Assembly: GCA_027344185.1 (NCBI GenBank)
Contig: DAHWJK010000038.1
Coordinates: 1 to 51,191 of the forward strand
Direction of reading: 5' to 3'
Origin: Thiobacillus sp.
Lineage (GTDB): Bacteria; Pseudomonadota; Gammaproteobacteria; Burkholderiales; Thiobacillaceae
Length of the DNA: 51,191 nt
The translations under genes were made by a program, and so were the position numbers. The notes below the pieces were generated by a model, which had not been told where the DNA came from, did not search any database, and worked only from the letters and a program-made list of their open reading frames with translations. Of the stretch, positions 32,509 to 42,217 are shown piece by piece. Position 1 is the first letter of the stretch. The number at the start of each line of letters is the position of its first letter.

Positions 32509-32943
32509 ATGAGCGTGGATCCTCGCACTTTGGGCTGGCTGTCGCGTGCGCTGACGCATGAGATGGCCGCGGTCCAGCAATATCTCGCGCAAAGCGTGCT
32601 GGCGCGCCTGTGGGGCGACTACGCGCTCTCGTCCCAGTTGCGCCGCGAAGCCGTTGAGGAGTTGCAGCACGCAGAACGCTTGATGGAGCGACTGATCGTC
32701 CTCGGCATTGCGCCGTCGGCGGGCAATTTGCCCCCGGCGCGACTTGGCCGTACCGTCGAGGAGATGTTGGCGGCCGATCGGGTGCTCGAGGTGGACGCTG
32801 TCCGGCTCTACGAGCAGGCGGTAACGCATGCGGAGCGGATGCGCGATGCAGACTGTGCCGCTTTGCTCAAAGGGATCCTTGCGGAGGAGATTGCGCATGT
32901 ACAGGAACTCGACGGCATGAGCCATGGACAACATCATGGCTGA
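32509..32943 (+). CDS. Carboxysome-associated bacterioferritin-like protein
   Basis: HEMAAVQQY, EELQHA, LEVDAVRLY, EEIAH ferritin-like ligands; conserved cso position. Confidence 0.85.
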   Translation: MSVDPRTLGWLSRALTHEMAAVQQYLAQSVLARLWGDYALSSQLRREAVEELQHAERLMERLIVLGIAPSAGNLPPARLGRTVEEMLAADRVLEVDAVRLYEQAVTHAERMRDADCAALLKGILAEEIAHVQELDGMSHGQHHG

Positions 32944-33205
32944 GGTGCCGCAAGGCTGGGAGGCGCGTGGCAAACCGCCTACCCTGTCGCGGCGGTTTGT
33001 CTTCGACGGTTATGGTGCGACGCGCGCGTTCCTCGACGCGCTCGCGGCGCTGTCCGAGAAAACCGGGCAGCATCCGCAGAACATCAATTTCGCCAGCACC
33101 TATGTGAATATCACATTGGAGGCGGGTGAAAAAGGTGAGTTGGGCGCGACCGAACTCGACCTCGCCGAAAAGATCAATGCACTGTATCTGCAACCGGAAG
33201 GCTGA
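32936..33205 (+). CDS. Pterin dehydratase-like RuBisCO assembly factor (acRAF)
   Basis: LSRRFVF..Y..TRAFLD, HPQNINF; cso context. Confidence 0.85.
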   Translation: MAEVPQGWEARGKPPTLSRRFVFDGYGATRAFLDALAALSEKTGQHPQNINFASTYVNITLEAGEKGELGATELDLAEKINALYLQPEG

Positions 33206-33207
33206 GC

Positions 33208-33843
33208 ATGGCAACCCACATCATTGCTGTCATCAACCAGAAGGGCGGCGCGGGCAAGACCACGCTCTCGATGAACCTGGCGGCCGGACTGGCCCAGCGC
33301 GATGACACGCTGGTGCTGGACCTGGATCCGCAGGCGTCTTCGCGTCAGTGGGCCAGCCTGGGAAGTGCGCCGTTTCCGGCTACAGTGAAGCAGATCAATG
33401 GCAAGTGGGACGCCAAGAGTCTGCATCAGAACTACAAGGCCTACCGGCATCTGGTGCTCGACTGTCCGCCGTCGCTGGAAAGCCATGCCTCGTTGCAAGC
33501 CTTGCGTGCCTGCGATGTGGCGCTGATTCCGGTGTTGCCTTCACCGATCGATCTGTGGGCCAGTCTGCGTTTGCCGCAGGAGATCGAGGAAGCGAAGAAA
33601 ACCAACAAGCGTCTTAAGGCCTATCTGGTATTGAATCAGCTTGAGCCCAAAAGCGCCTTATCCGCGGCGATGCATGATGCCATCGCAGAATTTGGCATTC
33701 CGGTGCTCGACACCGGCATACGCCGCCGCGCCATTTATCGCAGTGCCGCACTCGAAGGCGTGTCGGTGTATCAGCTTGGGAGCCGGGGTGCACCGGCGGC
33801 AGCTGAGATCGAAGCCATCATTAATGAGGTGATCGCATCATGA
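33208..33843 (+). CDS. mcdA: ParA-family carboxysome positioning ATPase
   Basis: NQKGGAGKTT, DLDPQ, DCPP; followed by McdB-like gene. Confidence 0.88.
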   Translation: MATHIIAVINQKGGAGKTTLSMNLAAGLAQRDDTLVLDLDPQASSRQWASLGSAPFPATVKQINGKWDAKSLHQNYKAYRHLVLDCPPSLESHASLQALRACDVALIPVLPSPIDLWASLRLPQEIEEAKKTNKRLKAYLVLNQLEPKSALSAAMHDAIAEFGIPVLDTGIRRRAIYRSAALEGVSVYQLGSRGAPAAAEIEAIINEVIAS

Positions 33844-34175
33844 CAAACTTGAAAGACAAACTGTCCGCCAGCGTACGTCAAGCCAAGGCCGCGCAAACGC
33901 CCGCCGTCAAGTCGGCTGCCGCAAAACCCGCTGCTGCGAAGTCCGCACCCGCAACGAAGGCTGCGCCGAAAAAGCGTGCGCCGCGGAAAGCCGCTGCCAA
34001 GCCGGCCTCAAGCAAGCCCGCGCCCAGCACGAGCAAGGTCGAAACGACGTCGACCCCGTCCAAACCGAAGGTCACCCGATCGAGCGGCAATGCCTCTCGC
34101 GAGCAGGTTTCGGTCGGCGCCGGCGTTCCGAACAGCGGCAATGCCTTGTTTCCTGACCGTGTGTGGCCGGACTGA
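33840..34175 (+). CDS. mcdB: Carboxysome positioning adaptor McdB
   Basis: Basic N-terminus, K/A/P/S-rich disordered region, C-terminal RVWPD. Confidence 0.8.
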   Translation: MTNLKDKLSASVRQAKAAQTPAVKSAAAKPAAAKSAPATKAAPKKRAPRKAAAKPASSKPAPSTSKVETTSTPSKPKVTRSSGNASREQVSVGAGVPNSGNALFPDRVWPD

Positions 34176-34280
34176 GTCCATCTTTGCAGGTAATCCGTCA
34201 TGCGTAATGACCCTTTTTTCCGCACCTACTCGCCTCGCCAGGAAGCCATGGCACGCGTTGCCCAATCCCAGCAGGAGGCC

Positions 34281-35111
34281 ATGACGCGTCCGGCTTCGAC
34301 CGCGTCCGCGTCCGATCTCCTCGACCAGTACATGGTGCGCGAGGAGCCCTACTATCGTACGGTCGCCGACGAAGTCGAACTGTATGAGGCCGCCTATTCG
34401 GTGCGCATGCCGATGATGCTGAAAGGCCCGACCGGTTGCGGCAAAACCCGCTTCGTCGAATACATGGCATGGAAACTGAAAAAGCCGCTGATCACCGTCG
34501 CATGTAACGAGGACATGACCGCGTCCGATCTGGTCGGCCGCTACCTGCTGGATGCCAACGGCACCCGCTGGCAGGATGGTCCGCTGGCTGTGGCTGCGCG
34601 TCACGGCGCGATTTGCTACCTTGACGAAGTGGTCGAGGCGCGCCAGGACACCACCGTGGTGATCCACCCGCTGACCGACGCGCGCCGTCAGCTGCCGCTT
34701 GAAAAGAAGGGCGAGCTGATCGAAGCGCACCCCGATTTCCAGATCGTGATCTCGTACAACCCCGGCTATCAATCGCTGATGAAGGACCTGAAGCAGTCGA
34801 CCAAACAGCGCTTCGGTGGCCTGGATTTCAATTACCCCGAGCACGAAGTCGAGGCCGAGATCGTGGCCCACGAATCGGGCGTGTCGATCGATGTGGCCAA
34901 AAATCTGGTCCACATCGGGGAGCGCGCGCGCAACCTCAAGGGCCATGGCCTCGACGAAGGTTTGTCGACGCGCATGCTGATTTATGCAGGCTCGTTGATC
35001 GCCCAAGGCGTCGCGCCGCTGGCGGCCTGTCGCGTCGCACTGGTGCGCCCGATTACGGACGACCCGGACATGCGCGACGCACTCGATTCCGCCGTCACAA
35101 CGTATTTTTAA
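34281..35111 (+). CDS. cbbQ: RuBisCO activase AAA+ subunit
   Basis: [30 protein letters not shown]; AGGAGG before ATG 34281. Confidence 0.95.
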   Translation: MTRPASTASASDLLDQYMVREEPYYRTVADEVELYEAAYSVRMPMMLKGPTGCGKTRFVEYMAWKLKKPLITVACNEDMTASDLVGRYLLDANGTRWQDGPLAVAARHGAICYLDEVVEARQDTTVVIHPLTDARRQLPLEKKGELIEAHPDFQIVISYNPGYQSLMKDLKQSTKQRFGGLDFNYPEHEVEAEIVAHESGVSIDVAKNLVHIGERARNLKGHGLDEGLSTRMLIYAGSLIAQGVAPLAACRVALVRPITDDPDMRDALDSAVTTYF

Positions 35112-35187
35112 GATTCAGGGGCCAGGATTCAGGATTCGGGGAGACGCACGCCCCCTGATTCCTGATTCCTGATCCCCAATCCCTGAC
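35110..35187. repeat. Second inverted heptamer-repeat array
   Basis: caggggc caggatt caggatt cggggag ... ccctgat tcctgat tcctgat ccccaat ccctgac. Confidence 0.75.
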
Positions 35188-35188
35188 C

Positions 35189-37543
35189 ATGGCCATCCAT
35201 CTCGAAGAGTACCAGCAGGTTCTCGATGACCTGCCGACGGACGCGCAGGACGTTTTGCGCGCCTCGTGGAACGAGGCGGCGCGGATGTTTTCGTCACGCG
35301 GGCTGGATAACTATCTGAAAGGTGCGGTCGCACTTCATAATCTGGGTCGCGGCGAGGAAATCGTCGTCACCTACATTCAGGAAATGCCGGAAGTCAGTCG
35401 CGCCATTGGCGAGGACGTGCTGCCCGATATCGTCAATTTCCTGATGGCCATGGCGTCGAAAACCTCGGGCCAGGTGCTGACGCTGATCGTGGCCACCGCG
35501 CCGCTCGCCGCCCAGCGACTTGGCGACGAAAACCTGTTTCGCGCCTATCTCAACGTGCTCGAAATCGTGCTGGCGCAAGCGCCGCGCGGGCTCCGCCCGA
35601 TGCTGGAAAACCTGGAGCGCCTGCTGTCGCAATTGACGCTGGGTGGCCTGCGTCGCTGGGTACAGTGGGGCGCGCAGGCATACAAGACGGATTTTGACGG
35701 ACAGGTCGGCTACTTCTCTCTCGCCACGCCCGATTCGATGGGTGTGCTTCAGCAGCAGCGCAAAGGCACGCTGTTCGTCGACGTTCAGCGTCGCCTGAAC
35801 ATCTATCTGCGCGCCATGTGGGGCCGGGATTTCTTTCTGCGCCCGACCTCGGGCGACTATGAAGCCCGTGAAGGCCTGAAGCCTTACATCGAGCGCTTCG
35901 TCATTTATATCGCCGACGCTTTCGACGACTACAAGCCGTTTGGCGACGATACGCCCGACGAGGCCCGGGTGTCAGGCCTCGAAATTTACCGGGCCGCGGC
36001 CAACCATTGTGCGGCGCACCTGGTGCACACCGGCGCGCCGCTGTCGATGCAGATGCTCAACACCACGCAGATGGCGATTATCGAGGCCATCGAAGACGCT
36101 CGCGTGGAAGAACTCGCGTGCCGGGACTTTCCCAACATGCGTGCGTCGTGGCTGGCATTGCATCCGCCGCCGGACACCAGCGAACCGCAGTCAGTGGGCG
36201 ATCTGTTGAACCGTCTGGCGCGTGCGTTGCTTGACCTGGATTCGAAAGACCCGCATCCGTGGGTGCAGGAAGGGGTGCGACTGTTCCGCGCGGAGACCGA
36301 TCTATCGTCCAATCAGATCAGCTGGAATATCGGCGTCGAACTTGCCCATGCACTGGCCCAGTACCCGTTGCCGGAGTTCAACGTGCGTACCGATGGCTTG
36401 CGCGCGATCTATCGCGACGACAACCGCACGGTGTGGGAGTCGGAGGAATACGACGAAGCCGAGGCGCTGGAAGCGACCTGGGGGGGCAATCAGGTGCGCA
36501 AGAAAGTCTCGCTGATGGAGATGGTCAACGAGGTCAACAACGAATACGCAGGCGACGACGCGGAAGAAATCTGGGTCCTGGAAACGCCGTTCTATCTCGA
36601 CCAGGAGGGCGTGACGATCAACGAACTCGAAGGTCGCCCTCCGATCTCGGAGCCCTACCATTATCCCGAATGGGATTACCAGATCCAGCTTGAGCGGCCG
36701 AGCTGGGCCACCGTGCTGGAGCGTCATCCGCCGCTGGGCGAGCTGGAGGTGATCGAGAAGATCATCGCCGACAACAAGCCGGTGATCTCGCGCCTGAAAT
36801 ATCTGATCGAGTCGATGATCCCGCAGGCCATGCAGCGCATTCGCCGTCAGGAAGACGGAGACGAGCTCGACATCAACGCCGCGGTCAGCGCCATGATCGA
36901 CATCCGCATGGGCATCCAGCCCGATACCCGCATCATGATGCGCTACAAGCGCAACGTGCGCGATCTTGCGGTGATGGTGCTGCTCGACATGTCGGAGTCG
37001 TCCAACGACAAGGTGCGTGGCCAGGACTACAGCATCATGGACCTGACGCGTTCGGCGACCGTGTTGCTTGCCGATGCGCTCGATCGCATCGGCGATCCGT
37101 TCGCGCTGCACGGATTTTGCTCGGATGGCCGTCACGACGTCCACTACTACCGTTTCAAGGACTTCGACAAGCCCTACAACGATCTGGTGAAGGCACGCCT
37201 CGCCGGACTGAAGGGCTCGTATTCCACCCGCATGGGCGCGGCGCTGCGCCATGCCGGCGCGCAACTCAAATTGCAGCCGAAAAGCAAGAAGGTTCTGTTC
37301 GTCATCACCGACGGCGAACCGGCCGACAACGACGTGCGCGACCCGCAATACCTGCGCTTCGACACCAAGCGCGCGGTCGAGGAACTGCAGCGCGAGGGCA
37401 TCACCACCTATGCGCTGTCACTCGACCCGCACGCCGACCAGTATGTGTCCCGCATCTTCGGCGCCACGAATTTCACCGTTCTCGACCAGGTCGAGCGTCT
37501 GCCCGAAAAGCTGCCGATGCTCTACATGGGCCTGACCCGATAA
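35189..37543 (+). CDS. cbbO: RuBisCO activase VWA adaptor
   Basis: [36 protein letters not shown]. Confidence 0.95.
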   Translation: MAIHLEEYQQVLDDLPTDAQDVLRASWNEAARMFSSRGLDNYLKGAVALHNLGRGEEIVVTYIQEMPEVSRAIGEDVLPDIVNFLMAMASKTSGQVLTLIVATAPLAAQRLGDENLFRAYLNVLEIVLAQAPRGLRPMLENLERLLSQLTLGGLRRWVQWGAQAYKTDFDGQVGYFSLATPDSMGVLQQQRKGTLFVDVQRRLNIYLRAMWGRDFFLRPTSGDYEAREGLKPYIERFVIYIADAFDDYKPFGDDTPDEARVSGLEIYRAAANHCAAHLVHTGAPLSMQMLNTTQMAIIEAIEDARVEELACRDFPNMRASWLALHPPPDTSEPQSVGDLLNRLARALLDLDSKDPHPWVQEGVRLFRAETDLSSNQISWNIGVELAHALAQYPLPEFNVRTDGLRAIYRDDNRTVWESEEYDEAEALEATWGGNQVRKKVSLMEMVNEVNNEYAGDDAEEIWVLETPFYLDQEGVTINELEGRPPISEPYHYPEWDYQIQLERPSWATVLERHPPLGELEVIEKIIADNKPVISRLKYLIESMIPQAMQRIRRQEDGDELDINAAVSAMIDIRMGIQPDTRIMMRYKRNVRDLAVMVLLDMSESSNDKVRGQDYSIMDLTRSATVLLADALDRIGDPFALHGFCSDGRHDVHYYRFKDFDKPYNDLVKARLAGLKGSYSTRMGAALRHAGAQLKLQPKSKKVLFVITDGEPADNDVRDPQYLRFDTKRAVEELQREGITTYALSLDPHADQYVSRIFGATNFTVLDQVERLPEKLPMLYMGLTR

Positions 37544-37547
37544 CTGC

Positions 37548-38177
37548 ATGGATATCACGCTACGCACCTTCGTTTTCATCGACTCGTTGCAGCCGCAGCT
37601 GGCGTCGTATCTCGCCACGTCCTCGCAGGGCTTTCTGCCGGTCCCGGGCGACGCATGCGTATGGATCGAAGTCGCGCCGGGCATGGCGGTGCACCGTCTG
37701 TCCGACATCGCGCTGAAGGAAACCAACGTTCACCTCGGCGAGCAGGTGGTCGAACGCTCCTTCGGTTCCATGGAGATCCACTACCGCAACCAGAGCGAGG
37801 TGATGGAGGCGAGCAACATCATCCTGCGCCAGCTCAACACCACCATGGATACGCGGATGGCCTGCCGCATCGCCTGGAATGAGATCATCCGCGGCATGAC
37901 GCCGGATCACACAACCCTGATCAACCGCCAGTTGCGCAAGGGCTCGATGATCCTGCCGGGCAAGAGCATGTTCATCCTCGAAGTCGAGCCTGCGGGGTAT
38001 GCCGTTTATGCCGCCAACGAGGCGGAGAAGGCAGCCCATGTCACGCTGGTCGATGTGAAGCCTTTCGGCAACTTCGGCCGCCTGACCATGATGGGCAGCG
38101 AGGCCGAGGCCGAAGAGGCCCAGCGCGCGGCCGTGCACGCGATCGAGCAAATCAACCAGCGCGCGACCGGGGCGTGA
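37548..38177 (+). CDS. csoS1D: Tandem-BMC shell protein
   Basis: [32 protein letters not shown]. Confidence 0.92.
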   Translation: MDITLRTFVFIDSLQPQLASYLATSSQGFLPVPGDACVWIEVAPGMAVHRLSDIALKETNVHLGEQVVERSFGSMEIHYRNQSEVMEASNIILRQLNTTMDTRMACRIAWNEIIRGMTPDHTTLINRQLRKGSMILPGKSMFILEVEPAGYAVYAANEAEKAAHVTLVDVKPFGNFGRLTMMGSEAEAEEAQRAAVHAIEQINQRATGA

Positions 38178-38236
38178 GCGCGCTAGGAAATGAATTTTTT
38201 ATACAGTACCTTCAGTTAGCCGAACGATAACCCGCG

Positions 38237-39982
38237 ATGTCATCTTTCAGCGAAGTCCTTTCCTATTTCAATCCGGTCAGCGCGCTGCGTCGGCTCTCCT
38301 TTGACCGAGACACGCTGAGGGCTGACCTGCTGGCCGGCGTCACCGTATCCCTGGTGGCGATTCCGCAGTCCCTCGCATACGCGCAGCTGGCCGGCGTTCC
38401 CGCCTATTACGGCCTGTACGCCGCGCTGATCCCGACCATCATCGGCGCCCTGTTCGGGTCATCGCGTCAACTCTCAACGGGACCGGTGGCGATGACATCC
38501 CTGCTCACTGCCGCGAGCGTCGCGCCTCTGGCAGCACAGGGCTCGGATCAGTTCTTCGCGTATGTCGTCCTGCTCGCATTGATCTCGGGTTTGTTCCAAA
38601 TCGCCTTTGGCGTCATGCGCATGGGCGTGTTGCTCAATTTCCTCTCGCACCCTGTGCTCATGGGCTTCATCAATGCCGCTGCGCTGATTATCGGCCTGTC
38701 GCAACTGCCCGCGTTGCTGGGTGTAGCGCCACAGCAAAGTGGCCATTTCATCCTTGATGTCTGGGCTGTGCTGGGCAGCGCGTCGCAAACGCACATTCTG
38801 TCATTCGTCTTCGGCATCGTCTCTCTCACGGCCCTATTCGCGTTCAAGAAATATGCGCCTAAGCTTCCGGGCGTGCTCATTACCGTCGCTGCCCTGACCG
38901 CCATTAGCTGGCTTGTAGGGTATGCCGAGATGGGCGGGAAGGTGGTGGGCGAAATTCCAGAAGGATTGCCAACGATAGGCTTGCCGGTCATGGACTGGCA
39001 GGCGACGGTCGCTCTCGTGCCAGCGGGTTTCGTCATCGCGCTGATCAGCTTCATGGAGGCCATGTCCAGTTCGAAGATCATCGCCATCAAGACGCGCTGT
39101 CAATGGGACCAGAATCGTGAACTGGTAGGTCAGGGCCTTGCGAAGGTGGCAGCCGCGTTCAGCAACACCATGCCGGTCAGCGGTTCCTTCTCGCGTTCGG
39201 CCCTCAATCTCGCCAGCGATGCGCGTACCGGCCTGTCGTCAATCATCGCAGCTTTGTTCGTCCTGCTGACGCTGCTATTCCTGACGCCCTTGCTTTATCA
39301 CCTGCCCAAGCCGGTGTTGGCCGCCATCATCATGATGGCCGTGTTCGGCCTGTTGAACTTCAAGAACTTCAGCAAGGCATGGCGTACTAGCCGCGACGAT
39401 GGTCTTGCGTCGGCGCTCACTTTCGTTAGCACACTTGCCTTCGCCCCCAATATCCAGAACGGCATCTTGACCGGCATCTTGCTCTCGCTGGCGCTGCTGC
39501 TCTATCGCATGATGAAGCCGAACATTGCGCTGCTCGGCATGTATCATGACGCGACCTTGCGTGACATAGGTCGTCACGCTCTGGAGCCCATGCATCCGCA
39601 CCTAAGCGCGTTGCGGTTCGACGGCGACTTGCGCTTCGTCAGCGTGGCCTACTTCGAGGATGCCCTCCTAAAACTAGAACGCGAAAATCCCGAGCTCAAA
39701 CAGGTGCTGGTGAAGAGTAGTGGCATCAACTGCATTGACGCATCGGGAATTGAAATGCTGTCGAATCTCGTCACGCGCTTTCGCGATAACGGGATCATCA
39801 TCAATTTCAGCGGTTTCAAGCGCCAGGTGCAGGCGGTGCTCGATAGTACCGGATTGACCGAGATGATCGGCAAGGAACATATCTTTCCGAGCGATCGTGA
39901 AGCGCTTGAATATCTCAATCGGGAACTCAAGCTGAATCAGGGGCCGGCGCCAGAAGCCGAGCCGGCGCCGTCGAAGTCCTGA
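38237..39982 (+). CDS. SulP family anion transporter with STAS domain (probable bicarbonate uptake)
   Basis: PQSLAYAQLAG, GSSRQLSTGP, GSFSRSA, C-terminal IDASG STAS. Confidence 0.9.
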   Translation: MSSFSEVLSYFNPVSALRRLSFDRDTLRADLLAGVTVSLVAIPQSLAYAQLAGVPAYYGLYAALIPTIIGALFGSSRQLSTGPVAMTSLLTAASVAPLAAQGSDQFFAYVVLLALISGLFQIAFGVMRMGVLLNFLSHPVLMGFINAAALIIGLSQLPALLGVAPQQSGHFILDVWAVLGSASQTHILSFVFGIVSLTALFAFKKYAPKLPGVLITVAALTAISWLVGYAEMGGKVVGEIPEGLPTIGLPVMDWQATVALVPAGFVIALISFMEAMSSSKIIAIKTRCQWDQNRELVGQGLAKVAAAFSNTMPVSGSFSRSALNLASDARTGLSSIIAALFVLLTLLFLTPLLYHLPKPVLAAIIMMAVFGLLNFKNFSKAWRTSRDDGLASALTFVSTLAFAPNIQNGILTGILLSLALLLYRMMKPNIALLGMYHDATLRDIGRHALEPMHPHLSALRFDGDLRFVSVAYFEDALLKLERENPELKQVLVKSSGINCIDASGIEMLSNLVTRFRDNGIIINFSGFKRQVQAVLDSTGLTEMIGKEHIFPSDREALEYLNRELKLNQGPAPEAEPAPSKS

Positions 39983-40223
39983 ATGGGCATGGCTCGTCGA
40001 ACGTCGAACATGATGCTCGACGAACCCGGCGACAAGAATGCGTGGGGGCCCCCCAGTTCAAAGGGCTGCGGCAGGCAGTGGCGCTGCCCTCTCCTGGCGG
40101 ACAAGCGCTGTCGCCAATCCCCGCCGCCTGAACGTAGGGACAACAAGATCTCTGTCGTCGATTCGCTGGGTGCGCGCCGTCGGGCAATTCAATGACTTTG
40201 CCTGTTCCTGGGGATAAACGGCC

Positions 40224-41882
40224 TCACGCCGCAGGGGCCGGCCTGTCAGCCCCCAGAAGGCCGACGGCGCCGACGAAATCCTCGGTGTAGTCCGGCACGC
40301 CGGCGCTGGTGATCACGCCGGCTCGGTGCAGCTTCTCCTTCACGCGCGTATTCGCTTCGCACAGTACTACTTCTATCCCGCGCCGGCGCAGCTTCGCGAT
40401 CACTGCCTCCAGGGTTTGTATGCCCGTGATGTCCATGAAGGGTACGCGCCGCAGGCGGATGATGAGCGCCTTCGGATCAGTGTGCGTCTGTAGCAGCGCA
40501 CGCTCGAAATTCTCGACTGCGCCGAAGAACATCGGTCCTGCAATCTCGTAGACCATCATGCCCGGCGGGAGGCGCTCGACACCGTGCTGCGCGAGTTCGG
40601 ACTGCAGCGCCTCGGTGTCCATTTCCTTGGTTTCGACCACCTCGGCCATGCGCCGCAGGAAGTGCAGGATTGCCAGGATCACGCCGACGTTCACTGCGAC
40701 GACGAGGTCGGCGAATACGGTAAGCAGGAAGGTGATGAGGAGGATCGCGCGGTCGGCGCGCGGCGCCTTCTTCAGGATATAGGCGAAATGGTGCGCCTCG
40801 CTCATATTCCATGCGACCACGAACAGGATCGCAGACAGCGCGGCGAGCGGAATGTGCGAAGCCAGTGGTGCGAGGAACAGCACCACCGCGACCAGTGTGG
40901 CGACGTGCACCAGCCCTGCGAGCGGGCCGGTGGCCCCGTTGCGGATATTGGTCGCGGTGCGCGCGATCGCACCAGTGGCGGCAAAGCCGGCGAACAGCGG
41001 TGCAACGATGTTGGCGATGCCCTGGCCGATGAGTTCCTGGTTGGAATCGTGACGCTGGCCGGTCATGCCGTCGGCTACGACTGCCGAGAGCAGCGACTCG
41101 ATCGCACCGAGCATGGCGATGGTGAACGCCGGACCGATGAGCAGGATTATCTGCGTGAGCGACAGGTCGGGCAGGGTGATCGGTGGCAGTCCGGTCGGGA
41201 TACCCCCGAAGGCGGTGCCAATTGTCGCCACGCCAGGCAGGTCGAGCGCGAGGTGAATGAGGGTGGCGGCGACCATCGCGACCAGCGGGCCGGGGATTTT
41301 CGATAATCCCCATATGCGCGGCGAGTAGACCACCAGCAGGAGGCTCATCGCTGCCAGTGCGGCGGTCGGCCCATGCGCCTGGGGCAGAACCTGCAGGGTA
41401 TGCCAAAGCTTTTCGTGAAAGTGCTCGCCACTAACTTTGGGCAGACCGAGAAAATCGCTCCATTGCCCGACAAAAATAATGACAGCGATGCCGGTAGTGA
41501 AGCCGACGATGACCGGTGCAGGAATGAACTTGATCACGCTGCCCATGCGCGCCAGGCCCATCAGCAGCAGGATGATGCCGGCCATGATCGTGGCCACCTG
41601 TAGCCCGGCGATGCCGAATTTCGCGGTAATCACCGAGAGGATGGCGATGAAGGCACCGGTCGGGCCGGCGATCTGCACCCGGCTGCCACCGAGCAGCGAG
41701 ACCACACCGCCGGCGAAGATTGCCGTGTAGATGCCCTGCTCGGGCCGCGCACCGGAGGCGATCGCGAAAGCCATCGCGAGTGGTAACGCCACGACGCCGA
41801 CAACGACCCCGGCGGCGATGTTGGACAGCCACTGGTTGCGCGCGAAGAGACCGGCGCGATGGGCTTCGAGGAGGGCGATCAT
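40224..41882 (-). CDS. SulP family transporter (DauA/BicA-like) with STAS domain
   Basis: PLAMAFAIASG, QIAGPTGAF, ESLLSA, GAIARTATN, GPMFFG, MDITG. Confidence 0.9.
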   Translation of the reverse strand: MIALLEAHRAGLFARNQWLSNIAAGVVVGVVALPLAMAFAIASGARPEQGIYTAIFAGGVVSLLGGSRVQIAGPTGAFIAILSVITAKFGIAGLQVATIMAGIILLLMGLARMGSVIKFIPAPVIVGFTTGIAVIIFVGQWSDFLGLPKVSGEHFHEKLWHTLQVLPQAHGPTAALAAMSLLLVVYSPRIWGLSKIPGPLVAMVAATLIHLALDLPGVATIGTAFGGIPTGLPPITLPDLSLTQIILLIGPAFTIAMLGAIESLLSAVVADGMTGQRHDSNQELIGQGIANIVAPLFAGFAATGAIARTATNIRNGATGPLAGLVHVATLVAVVLFLAPLASHIPLAALSAILFVVAWNMSEAHHFAYILKKAPRADRAILLITFLLTVFADLVVAVNVGVILAILHFLRRMAEVVETKEMDTEALQSELAQHGVERLPPGMMVYEIAGPMFFGAVENFERALLQTHTDPKALIIRLRRVPFMDITGIQTLEAVIAKLRRRGIEVVLCEANTRVKEKLHRAGVITSAGVPDYTEDFVGAVGLLGADRPAPAA

Positions 41883-41908
41883 ATGGGCGGCACCTTCAAG
41901 CGAATTGA

Positions 41909-41955
41909 CATACGATGTGTGTCGTATGAGGATATTATTATTATTTCATTATAAT
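41909..41955. promoter_or_regulatory. Divergent promoter region with inverted repeat
   Basis: CATACGA-N6-TCGTATG followed by an AT-rich tract with TATAAT. Confidence 0.5.
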
Positions 41956-41968
41956 TTAGCAATTACTT

Positions 41969-42166
41969 ATGGAGATCAAGACTGCTCGCTTCACCGTTTT
42001 GCTCGACCCAGCCAAGAAGCAGGCCTTCGAGCAGCTATGCGCGCAGCAGGATGTCACGCCCTCGCAAGTGGTGCGGCGGCTGATCCGCGAATACCTCGAG
42101 GCCCATGGCGTCGAGTGGCAGCCGAGCGGCGTGCGCAAGGCGGCTGCGGGAAGCAAGGCCCGCTAG
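41969..42166 (+). CDS. CopG/ribbon-helix-helix regulator
   Basis: KTARFTVLLDP.KK.AFE.LCA.QD.TPSQVVRRLIREYL. Confidence 0.85.
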   Translation: MEIKTARFTVLLDPAKKQAFEQLCAQQDVTPSQVVRRLIREYLEAHGVEWQPSGVRKAAAGSKAR

Positions 42167-42217
42167 TCAGAGAAGGGTAAGGGTGCGCCGTCCACAGGGG
42201 CGGCGGGACCGGTGCGA

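Noticed and set aside
39983-40195. 70-aa ORF between the two sulP genes
   Set aside because: No RBS or recognisable motif
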